Shown here: positions 19,023 through 28,633 of the stretch, in pieces
How the letters are laid out: every line of letters starts with the position of its first letter
How positions within the stretch are numbered: the first letter of the stretch is position 1
Source of the DNA: Fibrobacteria bacterium
GTDB taxonomy: Bacteria; Fibrobacterota; Fibrobacteria; UBA11236
DNA: 52,661 nucleotides
Direction: 5' to 3'
Assembly: GCA_043745805.1 (NCBI GenBank)
Contig: JAYTSD010000035.1
Coordinates: forward strand, 1 to 52,661
Made by a program: the position numbers and the translations under genes
The notes under the pieces: generated by a model
What the model was told of the DNA's origin: nothing
What the model saw: only the letters and a program-made list of their open reading frames with translations
The model's database searches: none

Positions 19023-19511
19023 TTAAACTAGAAGATGCAGTGTTGTTAAATAAAGCGGTGGGCTTGAACGATTTTGAGGAATAAATTTTTCGGTATGAAA
19101 AGGAAGCGCCTGAGTTATTTCCTTATCAAAGATAAGCGTAATTGCAATAACAGGGACAAACCATGCTTCATTGGCCACCATAGCTTTTTTGGTGATTGAA
19201 TTTTCCGAAATACACATGCCCTCTTGAGCAAGAACCGTTTGATTTTTTTCATTCAAGGAAATTTTTTTCGAATGCTGCTTTTCATGATGACCATGACAAT
19301 GCGGATGATGTTCCACTTCTTCCGAAACACTTGCGACCTGCTCATGAGAACCAAAACCTAAGCCATGCAAAGCCTGAGAGATGCCTTCCGCAAAGGCTTC
19401 ATTAATACGACAGCAGTTGAAAAATTCACCGGTGAGCAATAAAAGGGAGGAAAGTAAAGCCATAACAGGGAGTAAGCGACTTTTTTTAATGCCTGAAATT
19501 ACGCTAGTCAT
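19023..19511 (-). CDS. Small exported His/Cys-rich protein ending in PPLYL motif; putative leader ORF of the Czc-like operon
   Basis: Hydrophobic N-terminus, NCC, HHPHCHGHHEKQH, C-terminus RSSPPLYLTTLHLLV. Confidence 0.7.
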   Translation of the reverse strand: MTSVISGIKKSRLLPVMALLSSLLLLTGEFFNCCRINEAFAEGISQALHGLGFGSHEQVASVSEEVEHHPHCHGHHEKQHSKKISLNEKNQTVLAQEGMCISENSITKKAMVANEAWFVPVIAITLIFDKEITQALPFHTEKFIPQNRSSPPLYLTTLHLLV

Positions 19512-19531
19512 GGTACCCCCTTTCTAAGATG

Positions 19532-19560
19532 AATATAAGAACATGTTATAAGCAAAGCAA
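19532..19560 (-). promoter_or_regulatory. Sigma70-like promoter of the Czc-like operon
   Basis: TTGCTT (19560-19555), 17-nt spacer, TATATT (19537-19532), then AGGGG SD and ATG 19511. Confidence 0.55.
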
Positions 19561-19695
19561 ATTTTACTACATAACCCTTATTTTCGAAATACTCTTAATA
19601 AGTATCGGGCGAATAATAAGAAAACCTAAACCCTCCCACTTTACTAACTTATTACTCAAATTCTCAGTGAGCAGAAATCCAAAATAGGAGTGCGT

Positions 19696-20493
19696 ATGAA
19701 AAAGAACCTTTACCTTATTGCCTTAACCATCATCGGCATCATAACCCTAACCAGTTTAACCCAAGCGGGTGTGTATATGAATAGCACCCAAGGCTCGCTC
19801 ACGGAAAAGGACAAAAGCACAGAACAAAAAATCTATCTCGAAAAAGATCGTGTGCGCATAGATATGCATGCCGAAAAAAAGGATATGTCATTTATTTATC
19901 GCAAGGACAAAGAAACTTTTTGGATGATAAATACCGCGGACAAATCCTATTTCGAAATGACTAAAAAGGATTTTGAAAAAATGCATGCCCAAATGGATGG
20001 GGCTATGGAAAAGATGAAAGAGCAATTAAAAAATTTACCGCCAGAGCAAAAAGAAATGATGGAGAAAATGCTCAAGGGAAAAATGCCCGGACAAGCTGCC
20101 CAGGTGGAATACAAGAAAATTGGATCCGGTGAAAAACTGAATACTTGGATCTGCGATAAATTCGAAGGTGTTTCGGAAAAAGAAAAAAGTAGCGAGGCTT
20201 GGACTACTGATTTTGCAAAACTCAATTTAGAAGAATCTGATTTTCAAGTATTCAAAGATATTGGACAATTTGTAGGGAAATTTAATAAGGGCCAAGAAGC
20301 ATTCTTTTCCTTCTCTGGAGATAGACATGGTCTTACGGGAATTCCGGTAAAAGTAATTTTCTTTAAAGAGGGTAAGCCCAGTCAACAAACGGAAATTAAA
20401 GAAATCAAAAAACAGGATTTAGCAGCAAATCTCTTCGAATTACCCTTGGGACTAAAAAAGAAATCATCTCCCGGAGCTATTCCAGGACAATAA
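19696..20493 (+). CDS. Exported DUF4412-like protein
   Basis: Signal peptide; RVRIDM, INTADKSYFEM, KIGSGEKLNTWICDKF, FELPLG; GGAG SD before ATG 19696. Confidence 0.7.
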   Translation: MKKNLYLIALTIIGIITLTSLTQAGVYMNSTQGSLTEKDKSTEQKIYLEKDRVRIDMHAEKKDMSFIYRKDKETFWMINTADKSYFEMTKKDFEKMHAQMDGAMEKMKEQLKNLPPEQKEMMEKMLKGKMPGQAAQVEYKKIGSGEKLNTWICDKFEGVSEKEKSSEAWTTDFAKLNLEESDFQVFKDIGQFVGKFNKGQEAFFSFSGDRHGLTGIPVKVIFFKEGKPSQQTEIKEIKKQDLAANLFELPLGLKKKSSPGAIPGQ

Positions 20494-20497
20494 GTCT

Positions 20498-21091
20498 TTA
20501 TCTAATTAGCCCTTGCAAAGCTTTAAAATCAGGGGTTCCCGACACTTTTAACCATTCGAATATCACCATCTCGGTGGTGATTAACTCTACCCCATTCGCG
20601 GCTAAGCGCTTCAATCCCATTTCATGATCTACAGATTTACGCGCAGCCACCGCTTCCACCACCACATATACTTTACAGCCAAGATTGGTACAAAAATCTA
20701 AAGCGGTTTGTAAAATGCAAACATGGGTTTCTAGGCCACATAAAATAATTTGCTGAGGATGTAATGCATTAATATGTTCTAATACTTTGGGTGCCAATGC
20801 CGCACTAAATTCCATTTTAGGGAAAACCAAACTTTCTTCGCTTTTATCCTGTAACAATTCGGTTACCGTAGCACCTAATGCTTTAGGATATTGTTCCGAA
20901 AAAACTACCGGAATATTTAATCGGTTTGCGGCTTGGTGCAAAATACTACTCTGTTTCACGACTTCCGCAAAGCCAGGAATTACCTTACGAAAACGTTCCT
21001 GTATATCAACGACAAAGAGCAGGCTTTGGGCCTGCTCTAAGAGTATATTATTGCGTTTAAATTTGCCTTGGGATGAAATGGATAAGCCCAT
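20498..21091 (-). CDS. Isochorismatase-family hydrolase
   Basis: VVDIQERF, SEQYPKALG, KMEFSA, GLETHVCILQTALD, TTEMVIFEWL. Confidence 0.92.
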   Translation of the reverse strand: MGLSISSQGKFKRNNILLEQAQSLLFVVDIQERFRKVIPGFAEVVKQSSILHQAANRLNIPVVFSEQYPKALGATVTELLQDKSEESLVFPKMEFSAALAPKVLEHINALHPQQIILCGLETHVCILQTALDFCTNLGCKVYVVVEAVAARKSVDHEMGLKRLAANGVELITTEMVIFEWLKVSGTPDFKALQGLIR

Positions 21092-21105
21092 ATGCCTCCA
21101 GTTAT

Positions 21106-21134
21106 GCGGTCACTTCGACAAGCTCAGTGACCGC
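21106..21134. repeat. REP-like palindrome
   Basis: GCGGTCACT-TCGACAAGCTC-AGTGACCGC; related copy at 52607-52637. Confidence 0.7.
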
Positions 21135-21140
21135 TTGCAA

Positions 21141-22136
21141 TTATTTAGATTCGATCCATTTCATGTTTTTACGCAATTGGCGACCGATCACTTCAATAGG
21201 ATGTTGTTCTTCTTTCTTTTCCCAAGCGCGGAAATTCTTAGCGCCGCCATTGAGTTCAGTCAAAAATTCTTTAGTGAATTTACCATTTTGAATTTCTTTA
21301 AGAATTTTTTTCATCTCTAATTTGGTTTTAGCCGTTACAATACGTGGGCCGCGAGTCATATCGCCATATTCAGCAGTATTGGAAACAGAGTAACGCATAT
21401 AGCTGAGGCCGCCTTGATAGAACAAGTCTACAATCAATTTCAACTCATGCATACATTCAAAATAAGCCAGCTCTTCGGGGTAACCGGCTTCAGTCAAAGT
21501 TTCAAAACCGGCTTTAACTAAAGCAGCTGCTCCACCGCAAAGCACGGCTTGTTCGCCGAATAAATCGGTTTCAGTTTCGTTTTTAAAACTCGTTTCAATA
21601 GTACCAGCCTTGAGACCACCTACACCGCGAGCATGCGCCAAAGCAATATTCTTGGCATTGCCGGTGGCATCTTGATAAACCGCCATTAAACAAGGCACGC
21701 CGCCGCCTTTAACAAATTCGCTGCGCACTAAATGTCCAGGAGATTTAGGAGCGACCATGATCACATCTACATCTTTGGGTGGCTTGATAATCCCAAAATG
21801 AATATTGAAACCATGTGACCATACTAAGCACTTGCCGGGTTTTAAATTTGGCAAAATATCCGCTTCGTATACGGCTTTTTGAACTTCATCGGGGAGTAAA
21901 ATTTGGATCACATCAGCCTTGGCAGCCGCTTCAGCAGCGGAAACAGGCTTGAAACCATGCTTAATCGCTAATTTATAATTGGCAGAACCTTTGCGTTGTC
22001 CAATAATGACATTCACACCGCTATCGCGCAAATTTTGCGCTTGGGCATGACCCTGGCTACCATAACCAATAATGGCAACTGTTTTCTTTTTCAACGGGGC
22101 AAGTGAACCGTCTTTCATAGTATAGACTTTAAGCAT
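21141..22136 (-). CDS. ilvC: Ketol-acid reductoisomerase
   Basis: [54 protein letters not shown]. Confidence 0.97.
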   Translation of the reverse strand: MLKVYTMKDGSLAPLKKKTVAIIGYGSQGHAQAQNLRDSGVNVIIGQRKGSANYKLAIKHGFKPVSAAEAAAKADVIQILLPDEVQKAVYEADILPNLKPGKCLVWSHGFNIHFGIIKPPKDVDVIMVAPKSPGHLVRSEFVKGGGVPCLMAVYQDATGNAKNIALAHARGVGGLKAGTIETSFKNETETDLFGEQAVLCGGAAALVKAGFETLTEAGYPEELAYFECMHELKLIVDLFYQGGLSYMRYSVSNTAEYGDMTRGPRIVTAKTKLEMKKILKEIQNGKFTKEFLTELNGGAKNFRAWEKKEEQHPIEVIGRQLRKNMKWIESK

Positions 22137-22221
22137 AAGCAAAACCTTTCAGCATTAATTTTCGAAAGTTTTTAATTTAGAATATTTGCCACAAATTTGA
22201 TAGGATTCGGAGTACAGCTTA

Positions 22222-23571
22222 ATGTTCGAACAACTTAGCGATAAACTAGAAACCATTTTTAAAAAAATTCGGGGACAAGGACAGATCACCGAAGAGAATA
22301 TTGGCGAAACCTTGCGCGAAGTGCGAGTGGCTTTATTATCGGCGGATGTAAACTTCAAAACCGCCAAAGATTTTATTGCTGCCGTGAAGGAAAAAGCCCT
22401 AGGAGCCGAGGTTATGGGCTCTTTAACGCCCGGGCAGCTGATGGTAAAAATTCTTTATGATGAAATGGTAAAGCTGCTGGGTGACACTGCTTATGAGCCG
22501 AATTATCAAGGATCGCCGCCTTTTCAAATTTTAATGATGGGTTTACAAGGCTCAGGAAAAACTACCGCCTCTGGTAAATTAGCCCTTTATTTGCGTAATC
22601 AAAAGAAAAAACGTCCGTTACTCGTTGCTTGCGATGTTTATCGTCCGGCCGCGATTCAGCAATTACAAATCCTAGGAAAATCGCTGGGCATTCCAGTTTA
22701 TGATGAAGGCATAGGTGACCCTTTAAAAATTGCCGAAAATGGCCGAAAATTTGCGCAAGCTAATGATCATGATTTAGTGATTTATGATACGGCGGGTCGC
22801 CTGCAAATCGATGATGATTTAATGCAAGAGTTGGAAAAAATTATTGCCTTGGTGAAGCCACAAGAAAAATTTTTCGTGGCCGATGCAATGACCGGCCAAG
22901 AAGCGGTAAATGTCGCCAAAGCATTTAATGACAGGCTTTCATTTACCGGTGTGATTCTCACCAAAATGGATGGTGATGCGCGCGGTGGTGCCGCCCTCAG
23001 TATCAAATCGGTTACGGGTAAACCTATATGTTACGTGGGTACCGGCGAAAAAATGGATGCGCTGGAACTCTTCTATCCGGACCGTTTAGCTTCGCGTATT
23101 TTAGGCATGGGCGATGTGCTCACCTTAGTGGAAAAAGCGCAGGCAGTTTTTGATGAAAAAAACGCCAAGCAAATGGAAAAGAAATTTCGTCAAAACAAAT
23201 TCGATCTCGACGATTTTCTCCAACAATTACGCCAAATCAAAAAAATGGGCAGTATTACCGACCTCATCGGTATGATTCCTGGCATGAGTCGTCTAGGCGA
23301 TGTGAAAGTGGATGAAAAGCAATTCGTATATATAGAAGCCATATTAAGCTCCATGACTGCCAAGGAAAGGCAAAGTCCTAAAATAATTGATGGCAGTCGC
23401 CGCAGACGCGTTGCTATAGGAAGCGGTACGTCGATACAGCAAGTGAATCAGGTTTTAAAACAATTTGAGCAAATGCAAAAAATGATGAAACAGTTTTCCG
23501 GTGCGGGCGGCATGGGAAAAATGAAACAAATGGCAAATATGATGAAAGGCAAAGGATTTCCGGGAATGTAA
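22222..23571 (+). CDS. ffh: Signal recognition particle protein
   Basis: GLQGSGKTT, DTAGR, TKMDGDARGG, Met-rich M domain. Confidence 0.98.
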   Translation: MFEQLSDKLETIFKKIRGQGQITEENIGETLREVRVALLSADVNFKTAKDFIAAVKEKALGAEVMGSLTPGQLMVKILYDEMVKLLGDTAYEPNYQGSPPFQILMMGLQGSGKTTASGKLALYLRNQKKKRPLLVACDVYRPAAIQQLQILGKSLGIPVYDEGIGDPLKIAENGRKFAQANDHDLVIYDTAGRLQIDDDLMQELEKIIALVKPQEKFFVADAMTGQEAVNVAKAFNDRLSFTGVILTKMDGDARGGAALSIKSVTGKPICYVGTGEKMDALELFYPDRLASRILGMGDVLTLVEKAQAVFDEKNAKQMEKKFRQNKFDLDDFLQQLRQIKKMGSITDLIGMIPGMSRLGDVKVDEKQFVYIEAILSSMTAKERQSPKIIDGSRRRRVAIGSGTSIQQVNQVLKQFEQMQKMMKQFSGAGGMGKMKQMANMMKGKGFPGM

Positions 23572-23715
23572 TTTTCCGAAATTGCAAAATTGGGGTGTTG
23601 GAGTTGATTTTGTAAAAATCCCCTTTCAGCCCAATCTTTTCGCCCTGTAGCCTTTAATAATTATCAGTTTGTTATTACTATTTTCGCTCTTGAAAATTTT
23701 TTAACGGAGGATCAT

Positions 23716-24210
23716 TTGTCCGTAGTAATTCGTTTGTCCAGACAAGGACACAGTCATTCGCCTTTCTATCGCATTACCGTTGCCGATTCACGTCGCGCGC
23801 CTACCGGTAAGTTTTTGCAACATATTGGATATTATGATCCAAAACACAATCCTCCTATCGTTAAAGTTGACGAAACCAGCGCTTTGGAATGGATGAAGAA
23901 CGGCGCTCAGCCTTCCGACACCGTTCGCGCTTTGTTCAGTCATCAAGGCCTTATGGAAAAATTAGTGGATGTGAAAAAAGGTGCGGCTATTGCCGACGCT
24001 AAAGGCACAGCCAAAGTTTGGAAAAAGAAAAAAGCCAAAGTGCATAAAGTTGTAAAAGCAGAACAAGCTAAAGCTGTTGAAGCTGCCGCTGCTGCTGAAG
24101 TCGTTGCTAAAGCTGCCGAAGCTAAAGCCGCCGAGGCTGCAAAAGCTGAAGCTGCTGCCGCTGCAAAGGCCGCCGCTGAAGCTGCTGCTGCCGAACAACC
24201 TGCTGCATAA
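23716..24210 (+). CDS. rpsP: 30S ribosomal protein S16 with Lys/Ala/Glu-rich C-terminal extension
   Basis: VIRLSRQG, PFYRITVADSR, GAQPSDTV; GGAGG SD with TTG start. Confidence 0.96.
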   Translation: MSVVIRLSRQGHSHSPFYRITVADSRRAPTGKFLQHIGYYDPKHNPPIVKVDETSALEWMKNGAQPSDTVRALFSHQGLMEKLVDVKKGAAIADAKGTAKVWKKKKAKVHKVVKAEQAKAVEAAAAAEVVAKAAEAKAAEAAKAEAAAAAKAAAEAAAAEQPAA

Positions 24211-24236
24211 TTAAAAGTTCAAAAACATTTAAGGAG

Positions 24237-24261
24237 AACGCCGTGTATAGCGGCGTTTTTT
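24237..24261 (+). terminator. Intrinsic terminator/attenuator between rpsP and rimM
   Basis: AACGCCG-tgtatag-CGGCGTT followed by a T run. Confidence 0.65.
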
Positions 24262-24269
24262 ATATCTAG
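24243..24269 (+). CDS. Putative 8-codon mini-ORF (fM-Y-S-G-V-F-Y-I)
   Basis: AAGGAG 24231-24236, 6-nt spacer, GTG 24243, TAG 24267-24269, 2 nt before the rimM GTG. Confidence 0.35.
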   Translation: MYSGVFYI

Positions 24270-24271
24270 CC

Positions 24272-24817
24272 GTGACAGAAATCACCACTCCAAACATAGA
24301 CGATCTAATTCTTATTGGGCAAACCCTTAAGCCTTATGGTTTATTGGGAGAAATGAAAGTTCGTCCGGAAACATTTGATATTGAGCGTCATGAAAAACTC
24401 AAAACAGTTTTATTCAAACGTGCCCATGAAACTGAATTCCTAACCTTAAAAATTATCGCCAGCCGCCATGACGATAATTTTTGGTTTTTAAAATTTGAAA
24501 ATTTAAAAACTCCCGAAGCCGCAGCCGAATATAGTGGTGGCATGCTTTTTATCCCCGCGTCCGAACGTTTAGAATTACCCGAAGACATGGTTTATATTTC
24601 CGATTTGATTGGCTTAATGGCCATTGATGAATTGGGAAAAGAATTAGGGCCGATTAAAGAAATTCATGAAAATGGCGCGCAAGATTTAATCGTGATTCAA
24701 ACTCCGCGTAAAGAAATTGTTATTCCTTGGCTTGAACCCTTTGTAACCTCTATTAATTTGCCTGAAAAAAAAGTAATGGTGGATATTAGTTTATTGAGAG
24801 AAATACTCGAGCTCTAA
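24272..24817 (+). CDS. rimM: 16S rRNA processing protein RimM
   Basis: IGQTLKPYGLLGEMKV, YISDLIGL, GAQDL; position between rpsP and trmD. Confidence 0.93.
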   Translation: MTEITTPNIDDLILIGQTLKPYGLLGEMKVRPETFDIERHEKLKTVLFKRAHETEFLTLKIIASRHDDNFWFLKFENLKTPEAAAEYSGGMLFIPASERLELPEDMVYISDLIGLMAIDELGKELGPIKEIHENGAQDLIVIQTPRKEIVIPWLEPFVTSINLPEKKVMVDISLLREILEL

Positions 24818-25533
24818 TGCGTATCGATATCATTACGCTCTTTCCTGAAATCTTTAATGCTCTGGAAACCAGCATACCCGGCCGCTCACAAAAAGCCGGA
24901 GCCATGCAAATTAAAACGCATGCCTTGCGTGATTTTGCCATTAATAAACATGGACAAGTGGATGATATTCCTTATGGCGGCGAGAGCGGAATGGTTTTAC
25001 GTCCTGAACCGTTAAAGGATTGCCTTGATAAAGTGTTCGCCGAAGTCGCGCCCCAAAAACCTCATGTGTTACTGATGTCCGCCCAAGGCAAGATATTCGA
25101 CCAAGCCATGGCCAAAAGTTTGGCTAAAATGGAAAATATTCTTATCATTTGCGGGCATTATAAAGGCGTCGATCAACGTATTAGCGATCTTTATGTGCAA
25201 GAAGAGATTAGCATAGGCGATTATGTATTAACCGGAGGCGAGTTTCCGGCGATGGTAATTGTGGATGCAGTATGCCGCTTGTTACCTGGGGTATTGGGTG
25301 ATTCCTCCTCAGCCGAAACGGATTCTTTTTATGAGCCTAATTTATTAGGCTGGCCAGTGTATACACGGCCGCAGATGTTTGAAGGTCTGGCTGTACCAGA
25401 AGTTTTGTTATCCGGGCATCATGAGAATATCCGGAAATGGCGCGATGAAGCCGCCTTAAAGCAAACTCGGGAAAAAAGGCCCGACTTATATGAGAAGTTA
25501 TTAAAAGAGAAAACAAATCGAGTGAAAGGATAG
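24817..25533 (+). CDS. trmD: tRNA (guanine37-N1)-methyltransferase
   Basis: [42 protein letters not shown]. Confidence 0.97.
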   Translation: MRIDIITLFPEIFNALETSIPGRSQKAGAMQIKTHALRDFAINKHGQVDDIPYGGESGMVLRPEPLKDCLDKVFAEVAPQKPHVLLMSAQGKIFDQAMAKSLAKMENILIICGHYKGVDQRISDLYVQEEISIGDYVLTGGEFPAMVIVDAVCRLLPGVLGDSSSAETDSFYEPNLLGWPVYTRPQMFEGLAVPEVLLSGHHENIRKWRDEAALKQTREKRPDLYEKLLKEKTNRVKG

Positions 25534-25535
25534 CT

Positions 25536-25910
25536 ATGCATCCCATAGTCGCCAAAATTGAAAAAGAACAATTGAAATCTGATATTCCAGTATTTCGCGC
25601 CGGTGACACTGTTAGTGTTGACTTCCGCGTTATCGAAGGCACCAAAGAAAGAGTACAAACTTTCACTGGCGTAGTCGTGCAACGTCGTGGCGCAGGCATT
25701 TCCGAAACTTTTACCGTGCGTAAAATGTCGAGCAATATTCCTGTGGAAAGAATTTTCCCTTTGCATTCACCACGTATCGCTTCTATCAAAGTTAATCGCT
25801 TAGGTAAAGTACGTCGTGCACGCTTATTCTATATGCGCGACTTGCAAGGCAAGGCTGCTCGTATTAAAGAACGCGTAAGCAAAGACCGTTTGGTTAAGAA
25901 GAAAGCATAA
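25536..25910 (+). CDS. rplS: 50S ribosomal protein L19
   Basis: [41 protein letters not shown]. Confidence 0.98.
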   Translation: MHPIVAKIEKEQLKSDIPVFRAGDTVSVDFRVIEGTKERVQTFTGVVVQRRGAGISETFTVRKMSSNIPVERIFPLHSPRIASIKVNRLGKVRRARLFYMRDLQGKAARIKERVSKDRLVKKKA

Positions 25911-25961
25911 CTTTAAAGTTACCGTAACTTCTGATTCATCAGGGGTTACTCGGATAAAAAG

Positions 25962-25990
25962 AGCCGAGGGTTTTCGCCTTCGGTTTTTTT
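25962..25990 (+). terminator. Intrinsic terminator of the rplS operon
   Basis: AGCCGAGGG-ttttcg-CCTTCGGTT plus T run; preceded by a second hairpin at 25924-25949. Confidence 0.75.
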
Positions 25991-26486
25991 GTGTAAATAT
26001 TTTTTGGAAAAATATTTCTGAGATATTAAGCTGGGTGTTTTTTAAAACTTAAAAAATAAAGTTTATCCGAGGGTTCATCGCTGCACCATAGCGAGAAATC
26101 TTTTTCCTAAGTGCGCATATAGCTCGTAAAAGCCATTCCTTGATAAACTTTTTTTTCTGCTGCATCACTGACTCCATCCAAGGCATAGTTTCCTCCAAAT
26201 TTGCTGGAGAGCTGGAGAAAGTGCCCTTTAAAAGGGTAAACGATGTCCTTAGATAAGTGTAAGCGATGTGGTCGGATCGTACCCACGGCTCACAAACGCC
26301 CGAGTGAGTAGTAGAATTTGAGACCTCATTTTTAATGCTTGCATAAACAATTGGCGTGACAAGCAAATTATATCTGATCCACTCGATTGTTACGCGGTGC
26401 GTGCATCCGTATCTAGTTTAATCGAGCACATAGATATTTTCCAAAAAAATGATCGTTTTAAGCTGTCTTTGCTTTTATGTACAACT

Positions 26487-26804
26487 TTAAAACCTCATTA
26501 ATCCTAGTCTGATATCCTCTACCTTGGCGCTTAAACCAAAACCCAAAAGGTCAGGGGCTAGGGATATTTTACGGTATAAATAAGATGAAGTCGGTAACCC
26601 GTGAAGTAATACAATTGGCTTTCCACCTTTGGAACCAAATTCTGCCCATGCCATTGCCCCACGGGAAAGGGCCTCCTTATGTAAGGTCTTGCGATATTCG
26701 CTTACAGATTTTGAAATGCTTGTACAACCGATTAAACTAAAAATTATTAATGCCGACATTTGCCTAATGTTTCGGTTTCGAGTAATTTTCTTTGTGCTAT
26801 TCAT
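26487..26804 (-). pseudogene. Truncated alpha/beta-hydrolase lipoprotein (haloalkane dehalogenase/epoxide hydrolase-like N-terminus)
   Basis: Lipobox LIG-C; PIVLLHGLPTSSYLYRKI joined almost directly to APDLLGFG; stops before any nucleophile motif. Further debris may extend to about 26049. Confidence 0.7.
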
Positions 26805-26851
26805 TTCTAACTCCTTTGAAGAGTTCTTAAAGTAATCCGATAACTTGACTA

Positions 26852-27180
26852 AAATGTCCAGCTCTTCTCTCTCGATCGACCCGTCGCATGTCGGTTACTG
26901 AAGAAGGACAGCACTTTTTTTAGCTGATAACAAAAATGTTCGAATCCAATTACTCGTAAGCGATGAACCCTTAGACTTGGTCTCTAATGGATTAGATTTG
27001 GCCTTAAGAGTTGGGCTCGTTCAAGATTCAAATTTAAAAAATAAAATGTTAGGCATGGTTCATTTTGGGATGGGCGCTTCACCTGCATTTATCAAAAAAT
27101 ATGGAATACCAAAATCTCCGCAAGAACTGAAAAATTTTCCCTCAATGGAAAATTCAACCTATCCCTGTTTCCATACTTAA
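26852..27180 (+). pseudogene. LysR-family regulator remnant
   Basis: NVQLFS, frameshift, RSTRRMSVTEEGQHF from 26873, then in another segment VRIQLLVSDEPLDLVSNGLDLALRVG; no start and large deletions. Confidence 0.75.
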
Positions 27181-27268
27181 ATCCGATAAGCGACTAAGCA
27201 GTCGAAAAGAAAAACTACTTGAACCAATTATTGCATTGTTAATTCAGGCTGTTAAAAAAATGAACTAA

Positions 27269-28489
27269 TCAAACCCCTACCCCCAATTTCACCTTAAAAA
27301 AACTGCGTTTGCCGCTTTTAAGAATATGCTCACCCGAAACCGTTACATTCGCTTTCGGATCCACAATTTTCTCTCCATCGAAGCTGATGCCGCCATTTTG
27401 AATTAAGCGACGTCCTTCGCTATTACTTTTTACCAAGCCTGTTTTCGCTAATAAATCCGGTAACCAATGTTCGCCCGCATTCACTACAATTTCTGGAATA
27501 TCCTCAGGAATAACTTCCCCGCTATGAATTTTTTTCTCTTGCACCGCCGCTTGCTCAGCCGCTTCAGCACCGTGATATTGCGTTACGATATTTTTTGCAA
27601 GCTCTTCTTTCATTTGATTTGGATTAAGTGTACCTGTTTTAATCGCCTGCAACTTGTCGGCAATTTCATTCAAGGGAATATCGGTAAGCAATTGAAAATA
27701 GCTTTCGATTAAATCATCGGGTAAGCTGTAAAGCTTATGGAACATGCTTTGCGGATGTTCGTTCACGCCGATATAATTACCCAAACTCTTGCTCATTTTT
27801 TCTTTGCCATCGGTACCGAGTAAAATAGGAAGGAACAAACCCACTTGCGGCTCTTGCCCAATACTGCGTTGCAATTCGCGGCCACGTAATACATTAAATT
27901 TTTGATCCATGCCACCGAGTTCTACATCGGCTTCAATCATAACCGAATCGTAGGCCTGCATCATGGGATATAAAAATTCATGCAAGCTAATGGGTTGGCC
28001 TTGGCGATAGCGTTTTTGAAAATCATCGCGCTCTAACATTTGCGCCACGGTGATTTGGGACATGAGCTTTGTCACTTCTGTAAAGTTTAATTTGCTAAAC
28101 CATTCCCCATTATAAACCACGCGGGTACGCGACTCATCGACAATTTTAAAAAATTGTTGTTTATAAGTTTCAGCATTTAATAAAACTTCCGCATGAGTAA
28201 GAATGGGACGGGTTTTATTTTTGCCCGAAGGATCGCCTACCGTAGCTGTATAATCACCCACAATCAAAATAACTTCATGGCCTAAATCCTGGAATTGACG
28301 TAACTTGCGCATGACTACGGTAAAGCCTAAATGAATATCCGGAGCCGTAGGATCAACGCCCAATTTTATTTTCAGCGGTTTGCCTGTCGCTAGTTTTTTA
28401 TGCAAATCCTCTTCATTAATAATTTCTAAGGTGCCGCGACGAATAATGTCCCAATGTTCTTGTTTTACCGAACCAACCAAATCAACCAT
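27269..28489 (-). CDS. tyrS: Tyrosine--tRNA ligase
   Basis: GVDPTAPDIHLG, YPMMQAYD, GGMDQ, KMSKS, C-terminal S4-like domain. Confidence 0.97.
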   Translation of the reverse strand: MVDLVGSVKQEHWDIIRRGTLEIINEEDLHKKLATGKPLKIKLGVDPTAPDIHLGFTVVMRKLRQFQDLGHEVILIVGDYTATVGDPSGKNKTRPILTHAEVLLNAETYKQQFFKIVDESRTRVVYNGEWFSKLNFTEVTKLMSQITVAQMLERDDFQKRYRQGQPISLHEFLYPMMQAYDSVMIEADVELGGMDQKFNVLRGRELQRSIGQEPQVGLFLPILLGTDGKEKMSKSLGNYIGVNEHPQSMFHKLYSLPDDLIESYFQLLTDIPLNEIADKLQAIKTGTLNPNQMKEELAKNIVTQYHGAEAAEQAAVQEKKIHSGEVIPEDIPEIVVNAGEHWLPDLLAKTGLVKSNSEGRRLIQNGGISFDGEKIVDPKANVTVSGEHILKSGKRSFFKVKLGVGV

Positions 28490-28633
28490 AATTTTTCCAA
28501 ACTCCAGATTAGGGTGAAAAAGTAGTAAACCGCATTCGAGTCGTTGATAGGAAGGGTTTTACTGCGTTTCGGGTTTATTCCCTTGAGTCCGAACTAGTTT
28601 GCCGAGCTAAACTATGGTACATTTGAGAAGATT

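Noticed and set aside
23572-23715. SRP RNA or other ncRNA next to ffh
   Set aside because: No SRP domain IV signature (CAGG...GRAA...AGCA) or long GC-rich stem is visible.
26049-26366. 105-aa ORF as a real gene
   Set aside because: TTG start, no motif, and it lies in pseudogene debris; more likely a remnant of the hydrolase.
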